Origin: a bacterium
GTDB taxonomy: Bacteria > Patescibacteriota > Minisyncoccia > UBA6257 > GWB1-50-10
Reading direction: 5' to 3'
NCBI GenBank assembly: GCA_021814545.1
Contig: JAKAID010000002.1
Location: 7,009-71,008, forward strand
DNA length: 64,000 bases
Shown piece by piece: positions 1 through 8,908 of the stretch (position 1 is its first letter; each line of letters opens with the position of its first letter). The translations under genes and the position numbers were made by a program. The notes below the pieces were generated by a model, which was given only the letters and a program-made list of their open reading frames with translations, made no database searches and was not told the DNA's origin.

Positions 1-563
1 CCTACTGAACCGACCGCCTGCTCCCGCTGTATCTCGAACAGCTTTGCGCGCAAGATTTCCATCGCTTTTTCGCGATTCGCGTGCTGGGTGCGTTCCTCGC
101 GGCACGACACCATAATGCCGGTGGGCTTGTGGACGATGCGCACCGCGCTCTCTACCTTGTTCACGTTCTGCCCGCCGGGGCCGCCCGCACGGGAAAAAGT
201 TACCTCGAGGTCGCCTTCTTTAAGCTGCACCGCCTTCGCCTCCACGATAGGAAGCACCGCAACCGACGCGGTTGAGGTGTGCACCCTGCCCGAGCGCTCG
301 GTCGCCGGCACACGCTGCACGCGGTGCACGCCCGACTCCTGTTTCATCGAATCATAAATGCCCTGCCCCTTCATTTCTACGACAAGGGTTTTATAGCCGC
401 GCGCTCCCGATTCGCTTGCATCGAGCACAGCAAAACCCCAGCCGCGCAGCATGGCATAGCGCTGGTACATCTGTGCAAGGTCGTATGCAAAAAGCGAGGC
501 TTCATCGCCGCCGGCCCCCGCGCGAATTTCCAAAATTATCTTGTTGATACTCTGCGTCTCCAT
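1..563 (-). CDS. Class I peptide chain release factor, RF1-like, 3' end runs off the window. Starts directly at the GGQ-bearing domains and lacks the usual N-terminal domain 1.
   Basis: Reverse-strand translation from ATG at 561-563 gives [33 protein letters not shown]...[17 protein letters not shown]...[26 protein letters not shown]. The PAT (PxT) and GGQ motifs are typical of RF1. An in-frame stop lies 4 codons upstream of the ATG and the fba stop is only ~45 nt away, so there is no room for domain 1. Confidence 0.8.
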   Translation of the reverse strand, partial: METQSINKIILEIRAGAGGDEASLFAYDLAQMYQRYAMLRGWGFAVLDASESGARGYKTLVVEMKGQGIYDSMKQESGVHRVQRVPATERSGRVHTSTASVAVLPIVEAKAVQLKEGDLEVTFSRAGGPGGQNVNKVESAVRIVHKPTGIMVSCREERTQHANREKAMEILRAKLFEIQREQAVGSV

Positions 564-607
564 TGAAAATGATTAAATACGAAAAACGCCGTTCTGGCAA
601 GAAAACG

Positions 608-1486
608 CTATAGCCGATTAAACAGCCTCAGACGGGCGAGCGCGATACGTTCTATCTCCGCGATAACTTCCGGCATAACCTTATAGGGCGCAACCTCGTT
701 CGGATGTTCCTTGAGGGACTCTTCTAATTCTTTGCGCCACGCAATGCGAAGTTCGGTCGAGATGTGGATAATGGAAACGCCCGCATCAATAGCGGCGAGA
801 AAATCCGCATCCGTATTCCCCGACCCGCCGTGGAGCACCATCGGAATTTGGATTGCCTCATGTATCGCCCTGATGCGCGCGATGTCGAGTGCGGGGTCGG
901 GCGCATTCGCGAACATGCCGTGGATATTCCCGACCGCGGGCGCCAACATATCAACGCCCGTTTCTGCAACGAACCGCCGCGCCTCTTCCGGTTTCGTAAG
1001 GTCTTCGGGCCGTATCGCCGCACCCGCAGGCAATTCTTTGCGCACTTCTGACGCGCTCCCGATATACCCAAGCTCGCCCTCCACCAGAATATTCGAGTTC
1101 GCGCCCTTCACAATGCGCATCGCTTCCTTGGTCTGTGCGATGTTCTCCTCGAGCGGAAGTTTCCCGCCGTCGAAAAGGACCGCATCAAATCCCGCCTCCG
1201 CGGCCTCCTTCACCTTATCGAGCGAATGGGTATGGTCCGCATTCAAATAGAATCGGAACCCATTCTCCTTCGCGTGCTCCGCGTTATAGCTTTTTATAAG
1301 GTCGGCAACATGATGCACGCCAAGATATCCGCGCTCGCCTTCGGACACGCCGATAATGACCGGCACGTCGAGCTTCATACCTGCATGCGCGATGGCCTTC
1401 AGCTGTTCGAGATTGCCGATATTGAAGTGCGCAACCGCTATTTTTTTCTTCGCCGCTTCAGCGAGCGTCTCTCGTAGTGTCTTCAT
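608..1486 (-). CDS. fba: Fructose-bisphosphate aldolase, class II
   Basis: 292-aa ORF. Class II aldolase (FbaA/tagatose-bisphosphate aldolase family) hallmarks: AVAHFNIGN, PVIIGVSEGE, VLHGGSG. Confidence 0.9.
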   Translation of the reverse strand: MKTLRETLAEAAKKKIAVAHFNIGNLEQLKAIAHAGMKLDVPVIIGVSEGERGYLGVHHVADLIKSYNAEHAKENGFRFYLNADHTHSLDKVKEAAEAGFDAVLFDGGKLPLEENIAQTKEAMRIVKGANSNILVEGELGYIGSASEVRKELPAGAAIRPEDLTKPEEARRFVAETGVDMLAPAVGNIHGMFANAPDPALDIARIRAIHEAIQIPMVLHGGSGNTDADFLAAIDAGVSIIHISTELRIAWRKELEESLKEHPNEVAPYKVMPEVIAEIERIALARLRLFNRL

Positions 1487-2736
1487 AGTTCAAAATAACC
1501 AGTAATAAGGAATTTTTTGCAATATTCTTCAAGCTGCGCCTCCCCGAAATATTCAATAAAGATGCGGTTCCAAAGCGCCTCCTGGTGGTGATAGAGGAAT
1601 TTCACCTGCTCGTGGCGCTTCACGAGCCCCATCACGGTGTCGACAAGATCAAAGCTTACCAGAATATCATTCCCCATCTCATCATGGAAAAAATCACCTA
1701 CCCAATCGAGGTCACGCCAAAAATTGAGCCCGCGCCCGAGCTCGCCGAACGAGCTTGCGGATGCTTCAAGGTCATCCTCGGCCTTATGCCAATGGAGCGC
1801 CTCAGGGTTGATGTGCGGCACGAAGAGACGCCAATCGTTCTCATCGTCTTTTGCGAGATACCGCTGGATAACGAGCCATTGTACCGAATCATTCTCCGGA
1901 AGGCGCTTGTCGAGCGTATCGCCGCGCAGGAGCGAAAGAAGATGCTCGACGAACGTTTTGGGATGCTCGGCAAGCGTTTTGATAATCTCGGAATAGAACG
2001 GTATCTCGTGCGAATAGTGGAAAATGAGACTCAACATACGGAGAAGCTCGCCCGAAATACCAAGCGAAGTCGGGATGACAAAGAGGATGCCGAATTCCTT
2101 CAAGTGGCTCACATTGTGCCACTTCTTCATCACGAATATCTTCGCGAATTTCGCCCATTTTTCGGAAAGCACGCGCACCTCGACCGCGCGGTCCTCAAAA
2201 TCCGCAGGAGTAAGGCTGTTATACTGCGGGAAAAACGACTTATTGAGCCACTCGTTTCCCTCAACGAAACGAAGCGCCGCAAGTATCTCCACGATATCCT
2301 CTTTCGCGAGCATCTCCTCGACCGTGCGGTAACCAAGATACGCGATGATTTTCGTAGGCGGTGTTTTCTTCAAAAGCTCTGCCGCCTTCTCCATCTTGAT
2401 GAAGTACCCCTTCGGTATCTTTAACACCTTTTTTGCGATAGCGATAGCGTTCAAAAAATCCTGGGGCACGCTGCACTTATTGCTTCCCGTCCGTTCGCAA
2501 AGCCACACATCATGGCTTTCCACTTTGCCGATGAGCGCGTCGTACACCTCTTTTGCGTGCGCATCTTCGGAAAGACCGAGTTTTTGAAGGCGGTCTTTGA
2601 TGCGCACCTCATTTTCATAAATAATGCGGTCGAATACGCCCTTCTTTCCCGTGAATTGCGAAAGCCGTTTTTCGACTGAATAGATATAATCCTTGTCGGT
2701 GCGCAGAATATGGGCGACTTTTTCTATCGAATCCAT
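1483..2736 (-). CDS. Hypothetical protein (417 aa), translationally coupled to fba by a 4-nt ATGA overlap
   Basis: Long clean ORF with no recognisable motif. Its stop overlaps the fba start. Confidence 0.5.
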   Translation of the reverse strand: MDSIEKVAHILRTDKDYIYSVEKRLSQFTGKKGVFDRIIYENEVRIKDRLQKLGLSEDAHAKEVYDALIGKVESHDVWLCERTGSNKCSVPQDFLNAIAIAKKVLKIPKGYFIKMEKAAELLKKTPPTKIIAYLGYRTVEEMLAKEDIVEILAALRFVEGNEWLNKSFFPQYNSLTPADFEDRAVEVRVLSEKWAKFAKIFVMKKWHNVSHLKEFGILFVIPTSLGISGELLRMLSLIFHYSHEIPFYSEIIKTLAEHPKTFVEHLLSLLRGDTLDKRLPENDSVQWLVIQRYLAKDDENDWRLFVPHINPEALHWHKAEDDLEASASSFGELGRGLNFWRDLDWVGDFFHDEMGNDILVSFDLVDTVMGLVKRHEQVKFLYHHQEALWNRIFIEYFGEAQLEEYCKKFLITGYFEL

Positions 2737-2746
2737 AAAAGAGACG

Positions 2747-3769
2747 TTAATAGAGCGGTTCTACGTCGAGATTCAGATACTTCCAGCGCTTGTTATCAAA
2801 ATCCTTTTTGGTGAGAATTCCCTCCTCGGCACCCACATGTTCAATGACCGCGGTCGAGTTTGCGGCAGCGAGGCGCAATGCATAACAGATATCGTTCGAG
2901 CGAATAAACCCCGCAACGAACCCGGAGCCAAAGGCATCTCCCGCGCCCGTGCGCGCCGCCACTTCTTTTTCCTTGAACGTGCCGCAGCGATAGACCGTCT
3001 TCCCATCGGACGCAAGGGCGCCCCGCGGGCCGTCGGTCATAATAGCAATTCCGTCGACGAGCGCATCGAATTTCTTGAAAAGCCGTTTCTCGTCGTTATA
3101 AGGAACATCGGTAAGCGCTGCTGCCTCTTCACGGTTCGCGATAACGATATCAGACTGCGCAATGAGCGCCTTAAGATCTTTCATCGCGTGCGCGATATAA
3201 TGCCCAGAAGGGTTAAGGGCGATACGGACGCCGTTCTTTTTAAGCGTCGCAAAAATATCGCGCATGAGCGCCACATCGATGTTCGCAGGTGCAATATACG
3301 CCCACCCCGCACGGAGCTTCGAAAGCAGCACGCTTTTTTTCTGAAGCGGAGTTCCGCGATGCACAAGGATGGTGCGTTCGCCATCGGGCGCAAGGAGAAT
3401 AGTCGCGTAGTCCGTCTCGCCCGCATGCACCGCATTGAGTACCGCGATACCCTCCGCATCGAGCTCTTTTACGATTTCCCGGCCCGCCTCGTCATCGCCC
3501 ATCTTCGCGACCATACCGGTCGAAAGTCCCTGCCGCGCGAACGTTACTGCCGCATTCGCGGCATCCCCGCCGGTAGAACGTACGAATGAATCCACAGTTA
3601 TTTTTGAGCCCAGAGCAAAACACTGTGCCTCTCCCGTGGGAAAGCCGATATGTTCAAGGTGTTTCGGATCGCGAAGTACCTTGAAAAGCTTGCTCTTCAA
3701 AAAGACGTCTCTCGTCGCTGAACCTATCGTGATTACATCGAACATGGGGTTTTTGTAATTATACCCCAT
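2747..3769 (-). CDS. PfkB-family carbohydrate kinase (ribokinase-like)
   Basis: 340 aa with N-terminal VITIGSATRD and the C-terminal TGAGDAFGSGF PfkB signature. Confidence 0.85.
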   Translation of the reverse strand: MGYNYKNPMFDVITIGSATRDVFLKSKLFKVLRDPKHLEHIGFPTGEAQCFALGSKITVDSFVRSTGGDAANAAVTFARQGLSTGMVAKMGDDEAGREIVKELDAEGIAVLNAVHAGETDYATILLAPDGERTILVHRGTPLQKKSVLLSKLRAGWAYIAPANIDVALMRDIFATLKKNGVRIALNPSGHYIAHAMKDLKALIAQSDIVIANREEAAALTDVPYNDEKRLFKKFDALVDGIAIMTDGPRGALASDGKTVYRCGTFKEKEVAARTGAGDAFGSGFVAGFIRSNDICYALRLAAANSTAVIEHVGAEEGILTKKDFDNKRWKYLNLDVEPLY

Positions 3770-3789
3770 TTCATGCCCATCATGAATTG

Positions 3790-4782
3790 CTATTTCTTCC
3801 GTTTTATTGCCTTATGCGCCGCGGCAACAATATCCTTCACCCCCATGCCGTACGCCTCGATAAGCTCGGCGGGCTTTCCCGATTCGCCAAACACGCCCTG
3901 CAAACCGACAAACTCCTGGGGCGTAGGGAGATGCTTTGCGAGAAACTCCGCTACCGCGCTCCCCATCCCTCCAGCAACTTGATGCTCTTCCACGGTCACA
4001 ACGGCACCCGTTTTCTTCGCGACTTCAAGTATCTTCTTCTCGTCCATGGGTTTCACAGTGTGATTATTGAGCACGATGGTTCCCACGCCCTCTTTGTCGA
4101 GCGCGCGTGCCGCAAGCAGCGCGGTATGCACGAGCGTGCCGCACGCGATAAGAGCGACCTCCGGGCGCTTCGACTCCCAAAATACTTCCGCCTTCCCTGG
4201 CGTAAATTTCGTGTCGCGGGTCGTGATAAGCGGCGTCGCTTCACGCGCGAACCGGATATAGACCGGCCCCCATAGTTTTGCCGCGGCAAGCGTTGCCTTA
4301 CGCGCCTCTTCCGCATCACAGGGAACGATAACCGTCATATTCGCCATCACCCGCATGGTCGCGATATCCTCGACCGCCTGATGCGTTGCGCCGTCCGGCC
4401 CCACCGAAATACCCGCATGGTGCCCCGCGATTTTCACGTTCGCATCATTGTACGAAATGGTGGTGCGTATCTGCTCCCAGTTCCTCCCGGGAGAGAACGT
4501 GGCGTATGAAGAAATGAAGGGGACCTTCCCCGAAACACCCAAACCCGCAGCGATGGTCGCCATGTTCTGTTCAGCGACACCAACCTCAAAATAACGCTCC
4601 GGAAAGGTGTTCGCGAACCCCTCAACGCGCGTTGACTCCTTAAGGTCCGCGCAGAGCACCACCACCTCCGGCGCGGTCTTCCCAAGCTCCATGAGCGCCT
4701 CGCCATACCCGTTCCGAATGGGCGCCTGCGCGGAGTCGGCTTCGAATATTTTTTTATTTAATTTTGCAGTGTCCTTCAACAT
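3790..4782 (-). CDS. Transketolase, C-terminal (pyrimidine-binding) subunit
   Basis: 330 aa with GYGEALMELG, FEVGVAEQNMATIAAGL and GHHAGISVGPDGATHQ. Part of a split tkt arrangement. Confidence 0.9.
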   Translation of the reverse strand: MLKDTAKLNKKIFEADSAQAPIRNGYGEALMELGKTAPEVVVLCADLKESTRVEGFANTFPERYFEVGVAEQNMATIAAGLGVSGKVPFISSYATFSPGRNWEQIRTTISYNDANVKIAGHHAGISVGPDGATHQAVEDIATMRVMANMTVIVPCDAEEARKATLAAAKLWGPVYIRFAREATPLITTRDTKFTPGKAEVFWESKRPEVALIACGTLVHTALLAARALDKEGVGTIVLNNHTVKPMDEKKILEVAKKTGAVVTVEEHQVAGGMGSAVAEFLAKHLPTPQEFVGLQGVFGESGKPAELIEAYGMGVKDIVAAAHKAIKRKK

Positions 4783-4785
4783 GCG

Positions 4786-5646
4786 CTATTCGTGTTCTGA
4801 CTTTATTTTCCTCCCTAACGTGCGAAGCTCCGCAAGCGCCTCTTTTGCCTGCGCCTTGTTCGGCGGTTTCCCGTGCCAAGCAAAATCGTTTTCCATAAAG
4901 CTCACCCCCCTCCCGGGAATCGTATGCGCGATGATAAGCGTCGGCTTTTCATGTATCGCCATCGCCTCATACACTGCATCGATGAACCGCTCGATACTGT
5001 GGCCGTCCACCTCTATCACATGCCAGCGGAATGCCTCGTACTTCGCTCGTATCGAATCAAGTGGCATCACCTGCTCGGTGAAACCATCTATCTGGATATT
5101 GTTCCTATCCATAATAGCGGTGAGATTCGAAAGACGGTTTTTTCCTGCGAACATCGCCGCTTCCCAGGTGTTCCCCTCCTGCTGCTCGCCATCAGACATC
5201 AAACAATACACGCGGTGCTTTTTCCCATCAAGGCGCGCCGCAAGCGCCATGCCGATGGCTTGCGAAAGCCCCGAGCCTAAAGGACCAGAGGTCGTCTCGA
5301 TGCCAGGAAGGCTCCCGCGGTGAGGGTGTCCCTGAAGCCGCGAATGAAGCTTGCGAAGCGTGTAAAGCTCCTCAAGCGGAAAATAGCCCGCGTACGCCAT
5401 CGTCGTGTAAAGAACGGGGCAGATATGCCCGTTCGAGAGCACAAGACGGTCACGGAGAGGCCAATCGGGCTTCTTCGGGTTGTGGTTCAAAATATGGAAA
5501 TACATGGCAGTGAAAATATCTGCCATGCCCAGGGGCCCCGCAGAGTGTCCGGACCCTGCCTCAAGAAGCACGTTTATAAGGCGTTCGCGAATGCGATTCG
5601 CCATCTCCTCGAGATGTTGTAATTTTTTTTCGTGCAGCGGTTCCAT
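4786..5646 (-). CDS. Transketolase, N-terminal (TPP-binding) subunit
   Basis: 286 aa with GHPHRGSLPGIETTSGPLGSGL and the TPP motif MSDGEQQEGNTWEA. Lies directly upstream of the C-terminal subunit gene. Confidence 0.9.
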   Translation of the reverse strand: MEPLHEKKLQHLEEMANRIRERLINVLLEAGSGHSAGPLGMADIFTAMYFHILNHNPKKPDWPLRDRLVLSNGHICPVLYTTMAYAGYFPLEELYTLRKLHSRLQGHPHRGSLPGIETTSGPLGSGLSQAIGMALAARLDGKKHRVYCLMSDGEQQEGNTWEAAMFAGKNRLSNLTAIMDRNNIQIDGFTEQVMPLDSIRAKYEAFRWHVIEVDGHSIERFIDAVYEAMAIHEKPTLIIAHTIPGRGVSFMENDFAWHGKPPNKAQAKEALAELRTLGRKIKSEHE

Positions 5647-5670
5647 TCCTTTCTTTAATTATATCATTCG

Positions 5671-6321
5671 CTACGCGCGTTCGAGCGTACGGAACGCCGC
5701 GGCGCGGTCCTCGCTCTCCCAAATATATGATGCCGCTGAAACAATATCGGCGCCCGCAGCGCGCACGCGCGCGGCAACCATAGGATTCACGCCCCCGTCT
5801 ATTTCTATCGCGGCGTAGGGCGCCTTGCTCCGCAATGTTTTTATTTTTGCGATAACCCGCTCGTCGAACGACTGTCCGGAGAGTCCGGGGGTGACCGCAA
5901 GGAGCTGGAACGCGCTCACGGTTTCAAGGTAAGGATACAACTCTTCTACGGCCGTATCGGGATTTTCCGAAAGCATGAACTCAACACCACGCGCGTTGCA
6001 TGCGCGCATAAGTTCAAAAAAAATATCTTGGCTTCTCCCCATGAGCGATTCAACATGCACAATGACGCGTGCAGCACCCGCGGCAAGCCACGCATCGAGT
6101 ATGTGTTCCGGACGCGCGACCATGAAATGGACCTCGAGTTTGAGCCCGGCGTTGCGGTATGCCGCAGTATCGTTCCAGGTCGGATTCGTCGAAAAAATAC
6201 CATCAGTAATATCGACATGAGCCCATGCCGCGCGGAGCGCACGCACCATCTCAAGCGTGCGGCGCACGCAGGCTTCTTCCGCGCAATTGATGGCGGGTAT
6301 CACGAGTAGCCTATCCTTCAT
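5671..6321 (-). CDS. rpe: Ribulose-phosphate 3-epimerase
   Basis: 216 aa with HVDITDGIFSTNPTW and a TIM-barrel Rpe pattern. Sits in the pentose-phosphate cluster. Confidence 0.85.
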   Translation of the reverse strand: MKDRLLVIPAINCAEEACVRRTLEMVRALRAAWAHVDITDGIFSTNPTWNDTAAYRNAGLKLEVHFMVARPEHILDAWLAAGAARVIVHVESLMGRSQDIFFELMRACNARGVEFMLSENPDTAVEELYPYLETVSAFQLLAVTPGLSGQSFDERVIAKIKTLRSKAPYAAIEIDGGVNPMVAARVRAAGADIVSAASYIWESEDRAAAFRTLERA

Positions 6322-6796
6322 TTTCTTCCCCGTGCACGGGTTTCACATATTTCATTTCGACCTGGGCGATCTTCTCAAGTCTCCGCCGGTGGCGCACCTC
6401 GTCCGAGAACGGCGTCTGGAGCCAGGTAAGCGCTATTTTCGTTGCCTGAGCCGCATCCATATAGTTCGAGCCAAGACAAAGCACATTCGTGTCATCGTCG
6501 GTCCTGCTGTCATACGCCTGGTCAGAGCTCGAAACAAGTGCCGCGCGCACGTTCAAAAACTTGTTCGCCGCCACGCACATTCCCACGCCGGAACCGCATA
6601 TCAAAATGCCGCGGTTGCGTTCATAATCCACGCTCACCCGCTCCGCCACGCGTACCGCATAATCCACGTAATCGTCATCCTCGTTCAAAACATCGTCGCC
6701 CGCGTCAACGACCGGATAGCCCTCATACTTCAGCTTCTCAAGAAGCGCTTTTTTTATCTCAAACCCTCTGTGGTCCGCACCAATGTAGATGACCAT
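6311..6796 (-). CDS. rpiB: Ribose-5-phosphate isomerase B
   Basis: 161 aa with MVIYIGADHRGFEIK...ILICGSGVGMCVAANK, the RpiB/LacAB family signature. Overlaps rpe by 11 nt. Confidence 0.9.
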   Translation of the reverse strand: MVIYIGADHRGFEIKKALLEKLKYEGYPVVDAGDDVLNEDDDYVDYAVRVAERVSVDYERNRGILICGSGVGMCVAANKFLNVRAALVSSSDQAYDSRTDDDTNVLCLGSNYMDAAQATKIALTWLQTPFSDEVRHRRRLEKIAQVEMKYVKPVHGEENEG

Positions 6797-6805
6797 GCTC
6801 TTTTA

Positions 6806-7843
6806 TTATAACGGAACAGAATACGGCTGAAAATTTTCATTTATTCTGATGGGCGCCAGGCGGACCGAATCTATTGCGTGCCGCCACACATTAACGTGAA
6901 GCATCGCACCACGGTTCGTTTCTTCCGAAAAAGTCTGATCAAACACGAAATTGCCGAGACTGTACGCTATCCACCCGCCGTGGTACTGCTGGAGCTCCTC
7001 AACAACGTGAGGATGGTGCCCCACGACGAGGTCCGCGCCCGCGTCTATGAGTTGTTCGCCGAACGCACGCTGCGCATCGGTAGCGCGCGTACGGTATTCC
7101 TGCCCCCAGTGGACCGTTACCACGACCACGTCCGCCTCCCTGTGCAAACGCCGCACGGCGGCAAGAAGCACTTCGGCATCGGAATTGCTCGTACCCGCCC
7201 TATCACCCTGTGCCTCATAGCTTTTGGGGTTAAGGTTCGTATATCCAACGAACGCAACGCGGGCCCCCGGGAGGTCCACGATGAGCGGCGCGTTCGCCTC
7301 TTCTTCATTTCTCCCCGCGCCAACCGTATGAATATCCGCGTTATGCAAAATGCCCACCGTATCGCGCAGCGCCTCGCGCCCCCAATCGAAAATATGATTA
7401 TTGGCGAGTGTAACTGCATCGAATCCCGCGAATAAAAGCCCCTCGACGAAGCGGGGGGCGGCCCGAAATGAGTACGGGTTGCCCATATCTTTTCCGCCCT
7501 CCGAAAGAGGGCCCTCGAGATTCCCGAGAAAGAACGATGCGGGCGCGGTCGTGCTCGCAATAAGCCTAAAAGGAAACGCGTAATCACCGCCGCGGCGCAC
7601 AACCTCGCCCGCAACACCCCGCGAGAGCATCACGTCGCCCGCAAAAAGAATGGTGCTCGATGCGCGCGCCTCCTGCACAGCATCCGCTGCAAGCGTCGCC
7701 TCAACCCGTGCTGCCACACCGCGCGCCTGCGTCGCGGCAAAAAGCGATGCTTGATACGCACCGCGCAGCTCATATGCGCGCATGAACACGGTACCCATCA
7801 AGAGGACGAGCGCCGCAAAAAGCAGTACGGATACAGCACGCAT
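6806..7843 (-). CDS. CapA/PGA_cap-family metallophosphoesterase (poly-gamma-glutamate capsule synthesis-like), N-terminal TM anchor
   Basis: Motifs GNLEGPLSEGG, FDAVTLANNHIFDWG and VVVTVHWGQEY. Start refined to the internal ATG at 7843, which has an AAGGAG SD. The ORF track extends to 7870. Confidence 0.8.
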   Translation of the reverse strand: MRAVSVLLFAALVLLMGTVFMRAYELRGAYQASLFAATQARGVAARVEATLAADAVQEARASSTILFAGDVMLSRGVAGEVVRRGGDYAFPFRLIASTTAPASFFLGNLEGPLSEGGKDMGNPYSFRAAPRFVEGLLFAGFDAVTLANNHIFDWGREALRDTVGILHNADIHTVGAGRNEEEANAPLIVDLPGARVAFVGYTNLNPKSYEAQGDRAGTSNSDAEVLLAAVRRLHREADVVVVTVHWGQEYRTRATDAQRAFGEQLIDAGADLVVGHHPHVVEELQQYHGGWIAYSLGNFVFDQTFSEETNRGAMLHVNVWRHAIDSVRLAPIRINENFQPYSVPL

Positions 7844-7853
7844 GAAATGCTCC

Positions 7854-8870
7854 TTAAAGGAGTGCCGCAACGCGCTTGGTGTGCTCTACAAGCGTTGCCA
7901 CATAGCCTGCCTCGTTGTCATACCAAGAAAGCACCTTCACCAGATTCCCCCCCACCACCTTGGTGAATCCGAGGTCCACGATGGCACCGTACGGCTCGCC
8001 TATCACATCGGTCGAAACGATCTGCTCGTCAGTAACCTTCAAAATATTCTTCCACTTCGGGTCCTTCGCCGCGTTCCTAAAAATCTCGTTCACCTCCTCA
8101 ACGGTCGTGTTGCGCTTCGCGATAAAGGTGATATCCGCGAGCGAGCCCGTCACCACGGGCACGCGTATCGCGATGCCGTCAAATTTTCCTTCAAGTGATT
8201 TGAATGCGCGAGTGACCGCGATCGCGGCGCCCGTTGTTGATGGAGAAATATTTTGCGCTGCCGCCCTGCCCAGTCGGTAATCTTTGCCCTTCGTGGGGCC
8301 GTCCACAACCGATTGCCGCGCGGTGTACGCGTGGACCGTATTTAAAATAGCCTTCTCAATCCCTGGATTCTCCGCCATCACCTGAATGACCGGCGAAGTC
8401 GCGTTCGTGGTGCACGAGGCGTTCGAGGTTATTGCAACCGTCTTCGCCTCCGCCTCGTTCACGCCGAGAAGCACCGTTTTCCCGAGCACGCCATCCGCGT
8501 CTTTCGCAGGAGCGGTAATAACGACGCGCTTCGCACCCGCATCAAGGTGTACCCTTGCCTTTTCATATGCCTCGAACACGCCGGAAGATTCAACGACGAT
8601 GTCGATATCCAGCTTCTTCCAGGGCAGCTTCGCGGGGTCCTTCTCCTGCAGAAAAATGATTTCCTTCCCGTCCACCACGAGCATCGAATCATGGAAGGTG
8701 ACCTCGCCCGGATAGCGCCCATACGCCGTATCGTATTTCAAAAGATACGCGAGGTTCCCCACGTCGCCGAGATCGTTGATTGCCACGACATTGAACTGCG
8801 GGTCCTTCAACGCATTCTTTAAAAAGAGCCTCCCTATCCTCCCGAACCCATTAATCGCGATATTTACCAT
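7854..8870 (-). CDS. gap: Glyceraldehyde-3-phosphate dehydrogenase
   Basis: Begins MVNIAINGFGRIGR with an SNASCTTN active-site region. The N-terminal 122 aa of ORF 7854..9236 is a spurious extension that overlaps the neighbouring MFS gene. Confidence 0.9.
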   Translation of the reverse strand: MVNIAINGFGRIGRLFLKNALKDPQFNVVAINDLGDVGNLAYLLKYDTAYGRYPGEVTFHDSMLVVDGKEIIFLQEKDPAKLPWKKLDIDIVVESSGVFEAYEKARVHLDAGAKRVVITAPAKDADGVLGKTVLLGVNEAEAKTVAITSNASCTTNATSPVIQVMAENPGIEKAILNTVHAYTARQSVVDGPTKGKDYRLGRAAAQNISPSTTGAAIAVTRAFKSLEGKFDGIAIRVPVVTGSLADITFIAKRNTTVEEVNEIFRNAAKDPKWKNILKVTDEQIVSTDVIGEPYGAIVDLGFTKVVGGNLVKVLSWYDNEAGYVATLVEHTKRVAALL

Positions 8871-8908
8871 ATGCTTATTATAAGAAATAATGTGCGCCAA
8901 GGCGAACC

